64,000 nt of DNA, from positions 248,001 to 312,000 of the forward strand of contig JBHGNT010000014.1 in assembly GCA_043228905.1 (NCBI GenBank). Reading direction: 5' to 3'. The stretch is from Azolla caroliniana. Taxonomy: Eukaryota; Plantae; Polypodiophyta. The notes under the pieces were generated by a model that saw only the letters and a program-made list of their open reading frames with translations, ran no database searches and was not told the DNA's origin. The position numbers and the translations under genes are program-made. Positions 52,701 through 63,857 of this stretch are shown here, piece by piece (position 1 is the stretch's first letter; each line of letters starts with the position of its first letter).

Positions 52701-53876
52701 CTGCAATCGTAGAAGGTAGAGGGCTCCTCCATGACGACGGGGACATTGGTTCGCAGAGATCTGCATGAACTAGAGCTAGATGTGCACGTTCACGAAATGG
52801 AAGTGGGTGTTGTTTCCCAAGAAAGCACACATGACAATGAGATTTTGGCAACTTGCAGCAAAGAATCAGATTTTAAGTGGCCAAAGTAAGCACAACATAC
52901 AGGGGAAGAGACATCAACTGACGTTAACAATGTTGTAAATTTGCAAAGAGAACCATTATTCATTCCATGACCCAGAAGAACACCCAAGGCAGTATAAGAA
53001 ATGGTTACTTTGCCACCATCAAAACTAGGGCTGCAACATTTAGCTGATTGAAAGAGAGGTTGACCACAATGAGAGCCTTGACAACGTAAGGTTGCTATCT
53101 TCAGATTAATAAAATAATGGAATGTTTCCAACGCTGATAATTGGAGCCTGATGAGAGTGACCAAGCGTGATTAATCACACAAGGGAGAAAGGTAGGGCAA
53201 CCAATATCTATCAGATATCATATAAAAGAGAGGCGTGAAGTGGTAGGAGTTCAGGCTTTGTTGCAATAAGAAACATTCTTTAAATGAGGAAGCCTCCATT
53301 TTAAACAAAATAGTCTTCTTCTTCTTCTTCTTCTTTCTTCTTCTTCTTTCTTCTTCTTTAATAAGAGTTCATTTTTCAGAGTGACCTACTGTGTACAAAT
53401 TCCTTCTACTACTCTCTGCAAGTAAGCAGAAACTGAGTAGAAAGGAAGCAACGCATAATGCATATACAGATCAGAAACATTTGTAAGCAAGGATATTTCA
53501 GTAGGGAACACATAATTGAGATTATTTCATTATCACCATGGGGTTTCCATACCTTCTTCTCAGGATCTCCGGCCTTTTCTGTGTCTTCTTCTCCTCCTCC
53601 TCCTCCTCCTCCTCCTCCTCCAAATGAGAATTTTCTTCGGAAAACGACACGAGGAAGCCTTGACCTTGCTCCTCTCAAGTCCCGCAACAGAAATGGAGAT
53701 TTTCTCTGCAAACTCAAGAGGGGCAGCGGCCTCCTCCGCGTGAGAGAGAGGGGGAGGTGTCTATGATGGATGTTGGTGGCAGCTACTGAGGTGCCGAAAT
53801 GGGGAGGTTCTCCATGGGACCTCGCAGGGGAGATGATGGAGAAGGAGCAGGAGCAGGAGGAGCAGGAGGAGGCCAT
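31773..53876 (-). CDS. CPBP/CAAX (Abi) intramembrane protease family protein, probably plastid-targeted, about 373 aa
   Basis: Exons 53876-53553, 39762-39668, 33462-33355, 33258-33176, 33074-32941, 32866-32814, 32747-32655, 32567-32476, 32335-32229, 31805-31773 (1122 nt, phases consistent). Motifs LEETVFRG, FALAH, HGLWN. Ser/Arg-rich N-terminus. The exon1-exon2 link across 13.8 kb is inferred from phase 0 and the absence of another candidate. Confidence 0.88.
35127..39243. repeat. Tandem array of 8 x 514-bp units in CAAX intron 2
   Basis: Units start (AATGCTTCTATATAAG) at 35127, 35642, 36156, 36670, 37184, 37698, 38212 and 38726. Copies look identical by eye except unit 1. Confidence 0.97.
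40090..43700 (-). mobile_element. Old near-full-length LINE (ORF1 + APE/RT), heavily degraded, with a solo LTR inserted
   Basis: ORF1-like EKRKQSVVIREMQEEESENALSLA...AHR; RT remnants (VDHLVTLRVIME, YADDVL); AWNEIGKIQKLFLHRQLGVK. Confidence 0.85.
40437..40892. mobile_element. Solo LTR (456 bp)
   Basis: TGTTA...TAACA termini, perfect 5-bp TSD CATGC (40432-40436 and 40893-40897), internal CCTATATAAA. Confidence 0.92.
43850..44277 (-). mobile_element. LINE ORF2 C-terminal fragment
   Basis: DLLELSSDAMKYVVIEERLMEPLRKKWKDAKK is homologous to the start of ORF 49138-49710. Confidence 0.8.
44278..49745 (+). mobile_element. Near-full-length LINE (coiled-coil/RRM-like ORF1, APE, RT, C-terminal Cys/His finger), interrupted by a second LINE
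   Basis: ORF1 pieces at 44279-44549 and 45860-46440; APE ~46450-47220; RT FVDFKKAFD, GIKQGCPLSPTLFGL, YVDD; C-terminal RTRSHRLGIE...CKVC...EDECHLLF; short A tail ~49737-49744. Confidence 0.92.
44550..45858 (-). mobile_element. 5'-truncated LINE of a second family with a (CTTT)n tail, nested in ORF1 of the previous LINE
   Basis: RTSSHQLQIEVGRY...ICQLCHQGVESEEHYVCHC. The 3' end reads ...TAATATATCTTTCTTTCTTC. Confidence 0.85.
49746..51600 (-). mobile_element. LINE 5' half (ORF1 + APE), truncated before RT
   Basis: STLEGKEDAIMTKW, ATHRVGNKRLEG, MGNLDARVG, DSDHKPL. Confidence 0.85.
51730..52105 (-). mobile_element. 3'-terminal fragment of the second LINE family
   Basis: Direct diverged copy of 44550-44905, including the CTTT tail. 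Confidence 0.85.
52190..53170 (-). mobile_element. Degenerate Ty1/copia pol fragment (integrase, part of RT)
   Basis: CHVCFLGKQH..PF, LVHADLC, DNFSRF..VF.LKQKSEAF, QPP...VYRLHRVVYGLPQ. Confidence 0.8.
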
Positions 53877-53925
53877 GGATGGATGGATTGGGTTCGATTG
53901 AATTGGATGGTAACTAAGAATGGGA

Positions 53926-54270
53926 AAGGTTCGGTTCGGTTCGGTTCGGTTCGAACGTGTCAAACCGAACTGTTTAATAATATTGAAACTTAAACCGAAC
54001 CGAACCACAAAACTATTGTGTCAAACCGAACTGTTTAAAAATATTGAAACTTAAACCTGACGGAACCAGAAAACCGTTTAAATTGAATCACTACAAAGCT
54101 CAAATATTTCATATTTTAATTTTAAAAACCGTTTGAGTTGCATTTTCAAACCATTTAAACTGAAAACCTTTCAATTGATAAACGTTTGAACCAAACCAAA
54201 AAGAACCAGTAACCCCCGAACGAAACCATTTACAAAAACCTAAACCTAAACAGTTAAGTTGTTAAGCCAC
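53926..54270. repeat. CGGTT/AACCG-rich element upstream of the CAAX gene (MITE/TIR-transposon-like)
   Basis: (GGTTC)n followed by many AAACCG units and a ~62-bp internal duplication. Confidence 0.55.
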
Positions 54271-54717
54271 GGTTTCACGGGGGCACACACCACACCTCTT
54301 CCACCTACTCCTCCTTGGATCACACTTCTAGATGTTTGTTTCCACAACCATGTCAATAGGAACAATGTTTGTTCCGATTGGATAATAGAAGCTAATATAT
54401 GGTATGCCAATTTAGGTAGATACATTGATATGGTATGTAGTTTAAGCTAACAAATATATCGGTGTTACAGAATGGAACCCACGTGACCATGGAATCGGCA
54501 CAGTTGAAAGCCCGAGCCATGGCTTGCCGATGGAAGAAATTTGACTTCAAGAAAGCCTTTGACATTGTAACAATGAGCAAGGTGAAGAGAAAACAAAATG
54601 TATAAAGAAAGTAGAAAAAGTTGGTACATTTTGGCCACGGAAATCCACACCCATTGATCATTTTTAAATCAAGATTTTGTTAACAATATAAAACGCATAT
54701 GAACCTTGTTCGGCTTA

Positions 54718-54833
54718 CATCAAGATTGAATAATGTCAACTTTATATTAATCTTTATTATCAAAATCTTTAGTTCCATCAAGATTGAATAATGTCAACTT
54801 TATATTAATCTTTATTATCAAAATCTTTAGTTC
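54718..54833. repeat. 58-bp direct tandem duplication
   Basis: CATCAAGATTGAATAATG...CTTTAGTTC occurs twice. Confidence 0.9.
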
Positions 54834-56228
54834 CGTTGGCAATGTATTCTTGAAGGGAACATTCAAATTTTGTAATATGCTCAAATTAAGTGCACCTATT
54901 CTTTTATGAAAATGAAAGTGGCATGGCATTTTTAATTAAGTTGATGAACTAAACCCAGAGAAATTTCTCTTTATTGTTTTGACATTAATTTAATGGTTGA
55001 ATTTTCACTTAGTATCTTTCATGTGTGTTTTGATTGGAACCCCATGGTTAAAACTTTCAGTTCATATCTTTAATGTACAATGCATCCCATTGAGTTTGAT
55101 ACATGTTTCATATATTCATTTATGACCACGGAAAAGAACATCTTCGTAAGAATGTAACATGTTGATTAATTACAAGGAGATAGATCTTTAGCAATCTTTA
55201 GAATATGGTAATCTTAGAGTAGAGTTGGCTACCATTTTATTATGTCACCATCCTAATGTATGGTTGATGGGTCACATTTATCCCACAACCATCATTCAAT
55301 GTTTACTTAGATACTAATTTCTTCTACTATCCCCATGTCAAACATCGGGATTTCTCCATTCACCATCTTCGCTTCTGGTTGAACTATTATTCGCTCATCA
55401 TGGCGGATTTGTTCTATGCTTCGTATGGTGCTTCTCTGACAGAGATTTATTCTTCTTTGTTTGAGTTTGGATATGCAAATTGGATGATCTCTGCTTTTAA
55501 AGGGATGAAACATCGCCGCAGTCTTCAGAGGATTTGGAAAGCCTTACATGCTTGCAACATGCACAACAGCATTGATTGAGGTTACTTGGAAAGATCAAAA
55601 TCTCAACAAACGCATTTGTCATTTATTTGGTGGTTTTCCATCCTTTGATATTTCCATTTCCAACGGTAATGGATAAAATGAGGAAAACCGCTTCCCATCT
55701 CGTTTCAGTATGGGAGAACAATCGAGCAGTTTACTCCTTATCAAATAACTTTCTACATGATTGCCGTTTGAAGGGTTAGTATATGTTCTCTTATCTTTGG
55801 AGAGGCCTTCATCATTAATGGCATTTATTTCTGGAGTATCAATATCGATTAGGAGAAGATAAACATGTTCATTATTCACAATTCCTCTTGTGATACACTT
55901 ACGTGACAGTCCCAGGTTCAGAAGGTATACTAGATTTTTTGCATAGTGAGCATCGTTTGTAAACCTGTTTTCCCAGCTGCCCCAAGTTCTTTAAAATGCT
56001 ACAAGTTTTCTGTATAGTTATACTAGATTTTTTGCATAGTGCATGCTTGGGTATTAAGGCACATGCTCGATTAGCATTAATTTTGAAAAGGCCATATCCT
56101 GCCCTTCGTAATCTTAATCTTTTGCTTACTCGGCTTCTTCTTCTTCTACTATTTCTGATTCCCTCTCTGAGCAAAATTGAATTATCAATTCTGAGCGTTA
56201 TCAACCCTAAACCCTAAATCCACGACGG

Positions 56229-59048
56229 TCAAGAATTCTGCCCCTCTTTTAAAAACTGTACAGAATGCATCTCATGTTTAGCCATGCTTGCAAGGTCAAA
56301 TCTTCCAGCTCTTCTGTAGACGTTTATGACATCTTTGAAGCAAGATTCATCTGGTCGGTATCCTGATTGCTTCATTGTGCTGAACAACCTTATCACACCT
56401 TCAACCAGTCCGGCTTTACCATACAACAGAAGCATTGTGGTAAATGTCACTACATTTGGGGTTGGACCATTTGTCCGCAACTGCATGAATACGTTTATAG
56501 CTTCATCAAACTTCCCATTGGCTCCATAAACGTGGAGTATTGTGTTATAGGCTGCTATATCAAGAGCTATTCCGCTTTCTTTTAGCTTATTGCATCCTTG
56601 CATAGCTTCTGTCTGCATTCCAGCAAAACAGTAAAATGTTGTCATAGCAATTAGGTGACATATACCATTATTTTCCAGCTTCCGAGCCAATTTCAGTTTC
56701 CACACTGCCTCTTTTAAGAGGCCCGGGTTCTCCAGAACATCCTTGAGACAAAAGTAAGTTCTTAAATTAGGCCAGCATCCATTCTTTATCATTTGTTCGA
56801 ATAGATCAAGGGCTTCATGGTATTTCCCATTCCTTGCATACAAGTCGATCACCGCATTGAATGATGAAACGCCAAAAAGCAAACCCAACTTTTGCATAAC
56901 GTTTGCAACAGCAAAAGCTTCTTCGGTCCTTCCTGCTTTTCTTAGTATTTTTATAATAGTCTTGCATGAAGCCTTGTCAACATACCGCCCTTTCTGCATT
57001 TTCCTAAAAGAAACCCATGCATTATTTGTCATGCCAATCCTGCCATAGATATCAAGAAGAATATTCCACGCATGCACATTTGGCTGCGTCTCCATACATT
57101 CGATCCTCCTAAACACTTCTTCAGCCTTCTCCAACATGTCAAGTTTCCCATAAAGTTTCATCATCAAACAATACGCAATACTGCTTGTAGCATGACCTTC
57201 TATCTCCATCGCATGCAAAGTAGCTTCTGCTTGCGTCTGCATACCAGCATTCACATAAGCATTTACCATGGCAGTATATGCCACTTCATCGATATGTGAA
57301 TAGATGATTTTCATTTCTTGAAATATGCTCTCAGCTTCCTCGATCTGGCGTGACTTAGCATACAAAGAAAGAATAGAAGTGTAACTAGCCAAGCTAGGCT
57401 TGAAACCTGCTTCATGCATCTGAGAAAGTAGAGAAACTGCCTTTCCTATGTCACCACATACAGAAGCAGCATGTATCGTCGTATTAAACGTAGCTTCATC
57501 AGCTGTGATTCCTTCAGAATTCATACTTGTGAACAAATTAAGAGCCTTCTGATACATCTTCCCTACACCATATGCCTTAATCATAACATTATAAAGCAAA
57601 GTGTTTCTCTGCAGACCCAACTCGGCCAAAGAAAGGAAAATTTCTTCAGCTTGCTTCCACGATCCTCTTTCTGCACACAAATCGATCAAAGGGAGCAAAG
57701 TATCAATAGAAAGATCCATGCACAGCTTGAGTCTACGAAATTGCTCAGACGCTTTTGCATAATCTCCTGCCTTTATACACGTTTGAATCAACTGCACATG
57801 CAACACTTCATTCAGAGGGAATCCAGCTTGTTCCATTTCAATGGCGATGTTTTCTGCCTCATTCACCAATCCATTACAACAATAACCATGGAAAAGAGTT
57901 TTATAAGAGACAGCATTTGTTAATGCTCGAGACCGTTTGGAGCTCATAAGAGTCTTTCGAGCAGATAGCAAATCACCGGCTTTCACATACAAAGCGATAA
58001 GAATATTGTATGTTCCTAGATCCGGTTCACATCCACTATCCACCATTTTCTCAAACAAAGCTTCAACTTCGGAAATACCTCTACTGCGACCCAATATCTG
58101 CATCATTATGTTGTAAGAAACCGTATCTGGCGACAGACCACATGATACCATGTCTTCAAACACGTGAGCAGCCTCTACAAAGCGGCCTGCCTTACCATAC
58201 AAATCCATCAACGTATTATATGTATCTAAATTATACGGCCGGATATGTTTTTCGTCACCTTGCAAGCTATACACAAATTTTCTGCTAAATTTTTCTGCTT
58301 CTGTATATTGTCCAGCTGATTTGTAGAGATTCAACACTGTATTCAGTGTGACTTCATCAGGTCTAGTTATATCCTCGTCCATTTCTTCAAACCATTTCAA
58401 AGCTTCGTTTTTCAATCCAGCTTTACTATAGGCATCAATGATTGTGCTATAGGTAACATTATTCGGGCAAACATGTTTCTCGTTAAGCATTTCATCCCAC
58501 AATTGTCTAAGAAGTTCCCATTTCCTGTGTTTTCCAATGATCTTGAACATAATGTTGTATCTGAATACATTAGGTACGTAGTTTTTCTGAGATTTGAACC
58601 AACCAAATAGACCCATAGCAGTGTTCAAGTCTACATGTTGTTCATTGAGAAGGATTGCCTCTTCACGAGGGGTCAACTTCCCTCGCCAAGGTAGCATGGC
58701 GGACTCGACATCTTCAGCACAACGCAAGGATTCAAGGATAGCAAGCATCTTCTCATTATGCGGTTTCTTTCCTCGTCTGATCCTCGACCCGTTGGAGCAA
58801 AGACGTGCTTGTCTGCTGCCATTGCTAACAGTGGTACTGCAGCTAGGAAGCTTCTCTTCCTCGAATTTTTTCCTCTCCTCCTCTTTCTCCTTTGCCTTAT
58901 CTGAGTATATCTGTGCAGACCAATGACGAAGAATGAGAGAAGAGGAAGTGAGAGGAAGAAGTTGCTCTTTCTGTGCTGCAGCATGATATCCTTCTGCCTC
59001 CATAGTCGAGCATGGGACTGCGAGGTAGTAGACAAGTAGCTTCTGCAT
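56229..59048 (-). CDS. Intronless P-class PPR protein (At1g73710/At3g23020-like), 939 aa (alternative start at 59003)
   Basis: Long array of 35-aa P motifs (e.g. PNNVTYSTIIDAYSKAGLKNEAL, PDEVTLNTVLNLYK). N-terminal LTPREEAILLNEQ...FKSQKNYVPNVFRYN matches my recollection of that subfamily. Confidence 0.93.
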   Translation of the reverse strand: MQKLLVYYLAVPCSTMEAEGYHAAAQKEQLLPLTSSSLILRHWSAQIYSDKAKEKEEERKKFEEEKLPSCSTTVSNGSRQARLCSNGSRIRRGKKPHNEKMLAILESLRCAEDVESAMLPWRGKLTPREEAILLNEQHVDLNTAMGLFGWFKSQKNYVPNVFRYNIMFKIIGKHRKWELLRQLWDEMLNEKHVCPNNVTYSTIIDAYSKAGLKNEALKWFEEMDEDITRPDEVTLNTVLNLYKSAGQYTEAEKFSRKFVYSLQGDEKHIRPYNLDTYNTLMDLYGKAGRFVEAAHVFEDMVSCGLSPDTVSYNIMMQILGRSRGISEVEALFEKMVDSGCEPDLGTYNILIALYVKAGDLLSARKTLMSSKRSRALTNAVSYKTLFHGYCCNGLVNEAENIAIEMEQAGFPLNEVLHVQLIQTCIKAGDYAKASEQFRRLKLCMDLSIDTLLPLIDLCAERGSWKQAEEIFLSLAELGLQRNTLLYNVMIKAYGVGKMYQKALNLFTSMNSEGITADEATFNTTIHAASVCGDIGKAVSLLSQMHEAGFKPSLASYTSILSLYAKSRQIEEAESIFQEMKIIYSHIDEVAYTAMVNAYVNAGMQTQAEATLHAMEIEGHATSSIAYCLMMKLYGKLDMLEKAEEVFRRIECMETQPNVHAWNILLDIYGRIGMTNNAWVSFRKMQKGRYVDKASCKTIIKILRKAGRTEEAFAVANVMQKLGLLFGVSSFNAVIDLYARNGKYHEALDLFEQMIKNGCWPNLRTYFCLKDVLENPGLLKEAVWKLKLARKLENNGICHLIAMTTFYCFAGMQTEAMQGCNKLKESGIALDIAAYNTILHVYGANGKFDEAINVFMQLRTNGPTPNVVTFTTMLLLYGKAGLVEGVIRLFSTMKQSGYRPDESCFKDVINVYRRAGRFDLASMAKHEMHSVQFLKEGQNS

Positions 59049-59399
59049 CTCGCAGCGATGTGATGTGAACAGGCAGACGAAGCTTATCCAAATCCGATGG
59101 TGGTAGGGATTTTAGAAGCTCGTCTCTGCCGCCACAGCGAAGGTCCAGTCCTTCTGCGTGATGGTCATGGAGACTGGCTTTCCAGTGCAGTGCAGAAAGA
59201 AAGAAGAAGAAAGGAACAGGGATCCATCTCCATGTCCATGTCCATGTCCAGAGGAGGTGAAGAAGGAAAGAAAGCAGAAGAACAGAGAAGAAGAAGAGGA
59301 TGGATAAGGAAGAACTGATGAGGACGAAACCGTTAAACCGAACCGTTTTAAAAAAATTCAAACCGATGAGGACTCGCTTGGCTCCATCAAAATAAACGT

Positions 59400-62106
59400 C
59401 GACGGAGACAAGATGGTTCTTGAAGTATGCTTGGGCAGCCTCGCACAACGATTCGACTGGTTGAGGACGACAATCTTGACAAGGGAAAATCCTCCTTCAT
59501 TCTTCGACCTTCAATCAATGCTAATGGTTGAAGAGAACCGCGTCCAAACCAAAACCAAGACATCGGAAGGACAAATGTTTTTCTTGAATTCGGATGGTGG
59601 CCAAGAACGAGGTCAAGGCAGTAGAAGAGGTCAATTCGACCCATCACATGAAGGGAACTCAAACCTTCGACAACAAGATGGAAGCCATCAAGGAACCTTC
59701 AAAAGAAGGGGGAGCTCCCATGCCGAACAAGGTCGGCAAATGACGCCCGCAACTTGCAACTATTGTGGAAAAATCGGCCACCGCGAGGAGTGCCGAAAAA
59801 GAAGAAGCGCGTCGGCTTCGACAACTCACGAATTACGCCGCCAACTCCGAATACGACAACGGCGGACTATTCGTAATGAGGCATAGAGTGAACTCTATGT
59901 CGACCTCCGACTCCGCAAGCACCTCCAACTCGGAAGATGTGTGGTTCGTCGATTCTGGTGCCTCACATCATATGACGTCACACCAATAGTGGTTTCATGA
60001 CTTACGAACGCCTGACCGACCCGACTTCATAGAGACGGGAGACGACACCACACATCCCATTCGACACATTGGCAATGTCCCATTTGGGAAAGAAGGCAGG
60101 CAAACTTCTATCAAGAATGTCTTGCATGTGCCCACAATAACGAAGAATTTGGTCTCTATCGGCCAAATCGTGGAGCAAGGCATGCAAGTTCGCTTCAACA
60201 ACGAAGGATGCTTCATCAAGAAAGATGGCCGACTCATAGCTAAGGGGCAGAGAGATGGTCGAATGTTCATCCTTGATTCAAACAAGGTGAAATCGGCAAT
60301 GTACGTTAAAGGTATCAAAACCGAGACAAGCATCGAGTTGTGGCACAAGAGAATCGACCACATAAACCTCCAATGGCTCCGAACTATGCAATCAAAGGGA
60401 GTCTTCATCGGACTTCTGACATTCTATTCGAACAAGGTGAATCGGCAATGTACGTTAAAGGTATCAAAACTGAGACAAGCATCGAGTTGTGGCACAAGAG
60501 AATCGACCACATAAACCTTCAACGGCTCCGAACTATGCAATCAAAGGGAGTCATCATCGGACTTCCAACATTCGAGTTGACTGAGTATGCGAAGTGTGTC
60601 AACTCGGCAAACAACATCGACTCCCATTCCCGAAGGAGAGCCACGTGAGCAAAGGCCTCCTCAACATCATACACTCGAATGTATGGGGATTGGCTCAAAC
60701 GCCGACGATCGACAGGTGTCGATTCTATGTCACCTTCATTGACGACTACTTGCACTATGCGTGGATCTTCCCGATGAAGAAGAAGAGTGAAGTGTTCTCC
60801 CACTTCCAAAAGCTCAAGGGCCAAGTTAATCTTCAACTCAAGGTGTTCAGAAGCATTGCGAATGTACGCATCCCGAACGAACAACGACAGAAGCCTGACA
60901 TGAAGTCGGAGGAATGTAAACTAATAGGATACTTGTCCGAGAAGAAGGCATACAAGTGCTACAACCCTTCTACCCGAGCGGTTCGGGTAAGTCGAGACGT
61001 AGTCTTTGACGAGTCCGCATCCTAGAACGCACCAGAGACAACTTCAACTTCGACTCCGACTCCACTCGACCCGAAATCTACCGAACAAGAGGTAGAAGAT
61101 AGAGATCGCTTCGAAGTTCGAAGAAAGTCTGATTACGGCAAGGCCTAGTGCGCCACAAGAACCCCCACGTGACCCAAGCACATCGCGGCCAAGTACGAAA
61201 TTGGACAAAGGCAAAGGTAAGATGCTCGAATACGAAGTCGATCACCTCGACGACAGTGATTCGGATGTGTCAGCTCCCTCACTAGACAGTGAGATCGGTG
61301 TACCCATCATGTAGACACTCGGAGCAAAGAAGGCACTCACATCCGCGAGTGAAAAACTTCAACACTCATCTAGAGCTAAGAACCCCGTTGCTCGGCTCGG
61401 CTACAACGAGTACATGGCCCATCACTATGCCTTCGCGATGAAGGTAGCGGCTGAACAAGAACCCAAGAGCTCCACCGAAGTGGCTCGTAACCCACGATGG
61501 GTGGAAGTAGTCGACCTTCGCCCCACACTACAAGCCTTCGTCACCGGCTTGAGGGGGAGGAACCTTGCCATGGCGAATAAAGCTGAATGCCAAACAGAAG
61601 TACACGATGCCGATGAAAGCCAAAGCGGATGTCGGACACCTCACACTTGAGCTTGAGGGGGTGTGTTGAGAGATCAAGCTCAACTTAGTTTAGTTAGTTT
61701 GTCAACCATGTAACTTCGTAGTTACCTAGATAGAATCTAGTTAGAAGTGTTGACTATAATGCCTTAAATAGGACCTTGTACTTAAGTGGGATATTCTAGA
61801 TCCTCCACTCCTAAGTACATTTAATATAGGACTTACACCTTAGTACCTATATTCTACTCACACAGGTGCACCTTTGCACACGAGATGTATATATAACTCA
61901 TTGTGGGTATTTTTGTATTTGATACTGATGATAATAATGCTAATTTAATATAGAGTTAATCATCCCCCATCTTGTGTTGCTCATAAGTGTACTTCTCTCT
62001 CTCTTCCTCTCACACACATACACACACATATCACTTAATCTTCCGCTTAACTTAATCACATAATTAGGTACTAATTAACCCTTGCTTAATTACCTAATTA
62101 TTAACA
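59400..62106 (+). mobile_element. Internally deleted Ty1/copia element with PPT and 3' LTR (61664-62106); 5' LTR missing
   Basis: Zinc knuckle CNYCGKIGHREEC, protease WFVDSGASHHMT, LWHKRIDHIN (duplicated), integrase FIDDY / SRDVVFDES, PPT TTGAGGGGGTG, LTR TGTT...AACA. Confidence 0.9.
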
Positions 62107-63392
62107 GTCCATGTTGAGAATGCACGACAACATGAAGAGTTACCTCAATGAACACACTAACTAGAAGCAACTCTATTATCTTTGTGACAACAAGGTTTGG
62201 GAACACAAATCCCCCTTAAGGAACCAAAGATCAATACCCCAAGGAAGTTTGTATTTGTAAGAATATTTGGATAGTTTTATCAAGGAATTTCAATCAAGCC
62301 TTGGCAGTGTAATTAGAGTGAATATCATGAACATTGCAAGAAGGATGTCGACCCAACTCGAATTGCACACTAGATTTTCGTTTCTTGCATGTGATATTCC
62401 ATGGGATAAAGAGGCATTAACGGATTGATTCTATTATAGGCTACATAATTCACACATTGTGTAGCCTATAATAGAATCAATTATATTATATGCTACTACT
62501 ATTCACCACCTTCATGTAACTATGAGACTCATGCATTTTGCTTGGCTTGGTGTCCCTTCTCTATTGTCCCCAACACACCTACAACACACACACACACACA
62601 CTCTCTCTCTCCACTTGCTTCTACTTCTTTCTTGATTTCTTTCTCACTCTCTCCCTTGTTTTAATCAAGTTATAATTCTTTCTTTCTTTTTTCTCAAGCT
62701 CTTTGCTTTGATCAAGTGTTAAGAGTTGGAATAACAACACAACCAGTCATGAATAAGAACGCATCAACAAGGACGTAGTACGAAGAGGAAACGGCAAGAG
62801 GAAAGGAAAGCAAAGAGACAGTCAAGTGTGAAAAGCCCATACCCTAAACGTGAAAGCTATATAAACCACATAGTAGTGGCTTTGTGGGGGTTCTCCCATT
62901 TGTAAAGATCTCCTATTGATTAGAGCTAGAGCTTCCTTTCCTCCTTGTAACCTTTGAGCTTAAGAGAGATTAGTGAAGTGTTGAGTTAGAGAACACTAAT
63001 CTCTCTCCTTGTTGGTGCTAGACCTCTTAGCAAAGAGGGTTAATAATAGACATACTCTTCCTTCTTATTGTCTACATCTATTAATCTATTGTCTATGAGA
63101 GAGAGCTTGAGAGAATGAGAGAGATATTGTGCTTAATCATTTACTAACCGTTGAGTGAGTGTGAGGCTCAGAGGTATTCGACAACCATCTCCGCCCGATT
63201 CGCCATCAAGAGGGTATACGCTGGTCCGAATCCCGCCACGATATCGAGGAGCTTACTCCATCGATACATAGATCCTTAACATCTATTTGGCGCCGCTGCC
63301 GGGGATACGACCGACGCTTGAAGCCTATTTTCGAGTAGTCAAAAACTCGGAGGCAAACCACTCAACGAAGGAAGAAATCGCAAGAGAACCAC

Positions 63393-63695
63393 CATTTTAT
63401 GTTTTTTTCATCATTTCATAGTTTAATTAAGTCCATTTTTTGTTTTTTTCCATCATTTCATAGTTTAATTAAGTTCCCTTTTCTGTTTTTTTTTCATTAT
63501 TTCATAGTTTAATTAAGTTCCATTTTTTGTTTTTTTCATCGTTTCATAGTTTAATTAAGTCCATTTTCTGTTTTTTCCATCATTTCATAGTTTAATTAAG
63601 TCCATTTTCTGTTTTTTCTCATCATTTCATAGTTTAATTAAGTCCATTTTATGTTTTTCCTCATTATTCCATAGGTTAATTAAGTCGATTTTTTG
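63393..63695. repeat. About 7 x ~42-bp tandem repeat in the Athila leader
   Basis: CCATTTT.TGTTTTTTTCATCATTTCATAGTTTAATTAAGT units. Confidence 0.9.
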
Positions 63696-63857
63696 TTCAT
63701 TCGCTCGGTTAACATTAAACATTGTGGAGATTAGGCCGTTACGGGGCAAGCATAATCATCGCGAGTCTGGCGGGTTACGATCACTCCACGGGTCACGAAA
63801 CGACCGTTGCCGCCAAAAAGTTTGAATTTCCCACGCAAAGTTCGTCGAAAGAACAAC

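Noticed and set aside
53370-53415. Extra CAAX exon after the TTGCAG acceptor
   Set aside because: In-frame stop after 9 codons in phase 0.
53877-54008. Upstream extension of CAAX exon 1
   Set aside because: Derived from GGTTC repeats with a non-ATG start. ATG 53876 begins a transit-peptide-like sequence.
54540-54570. LINE RT motif FDFKKAFDIV
   Set aside because: Only about 30 bp, too short to annotate as an element.
56326-59035. Overlapping and antisense ORFs within the PPR gene
   Set aside because: Shadow frames of a long coding sequence.
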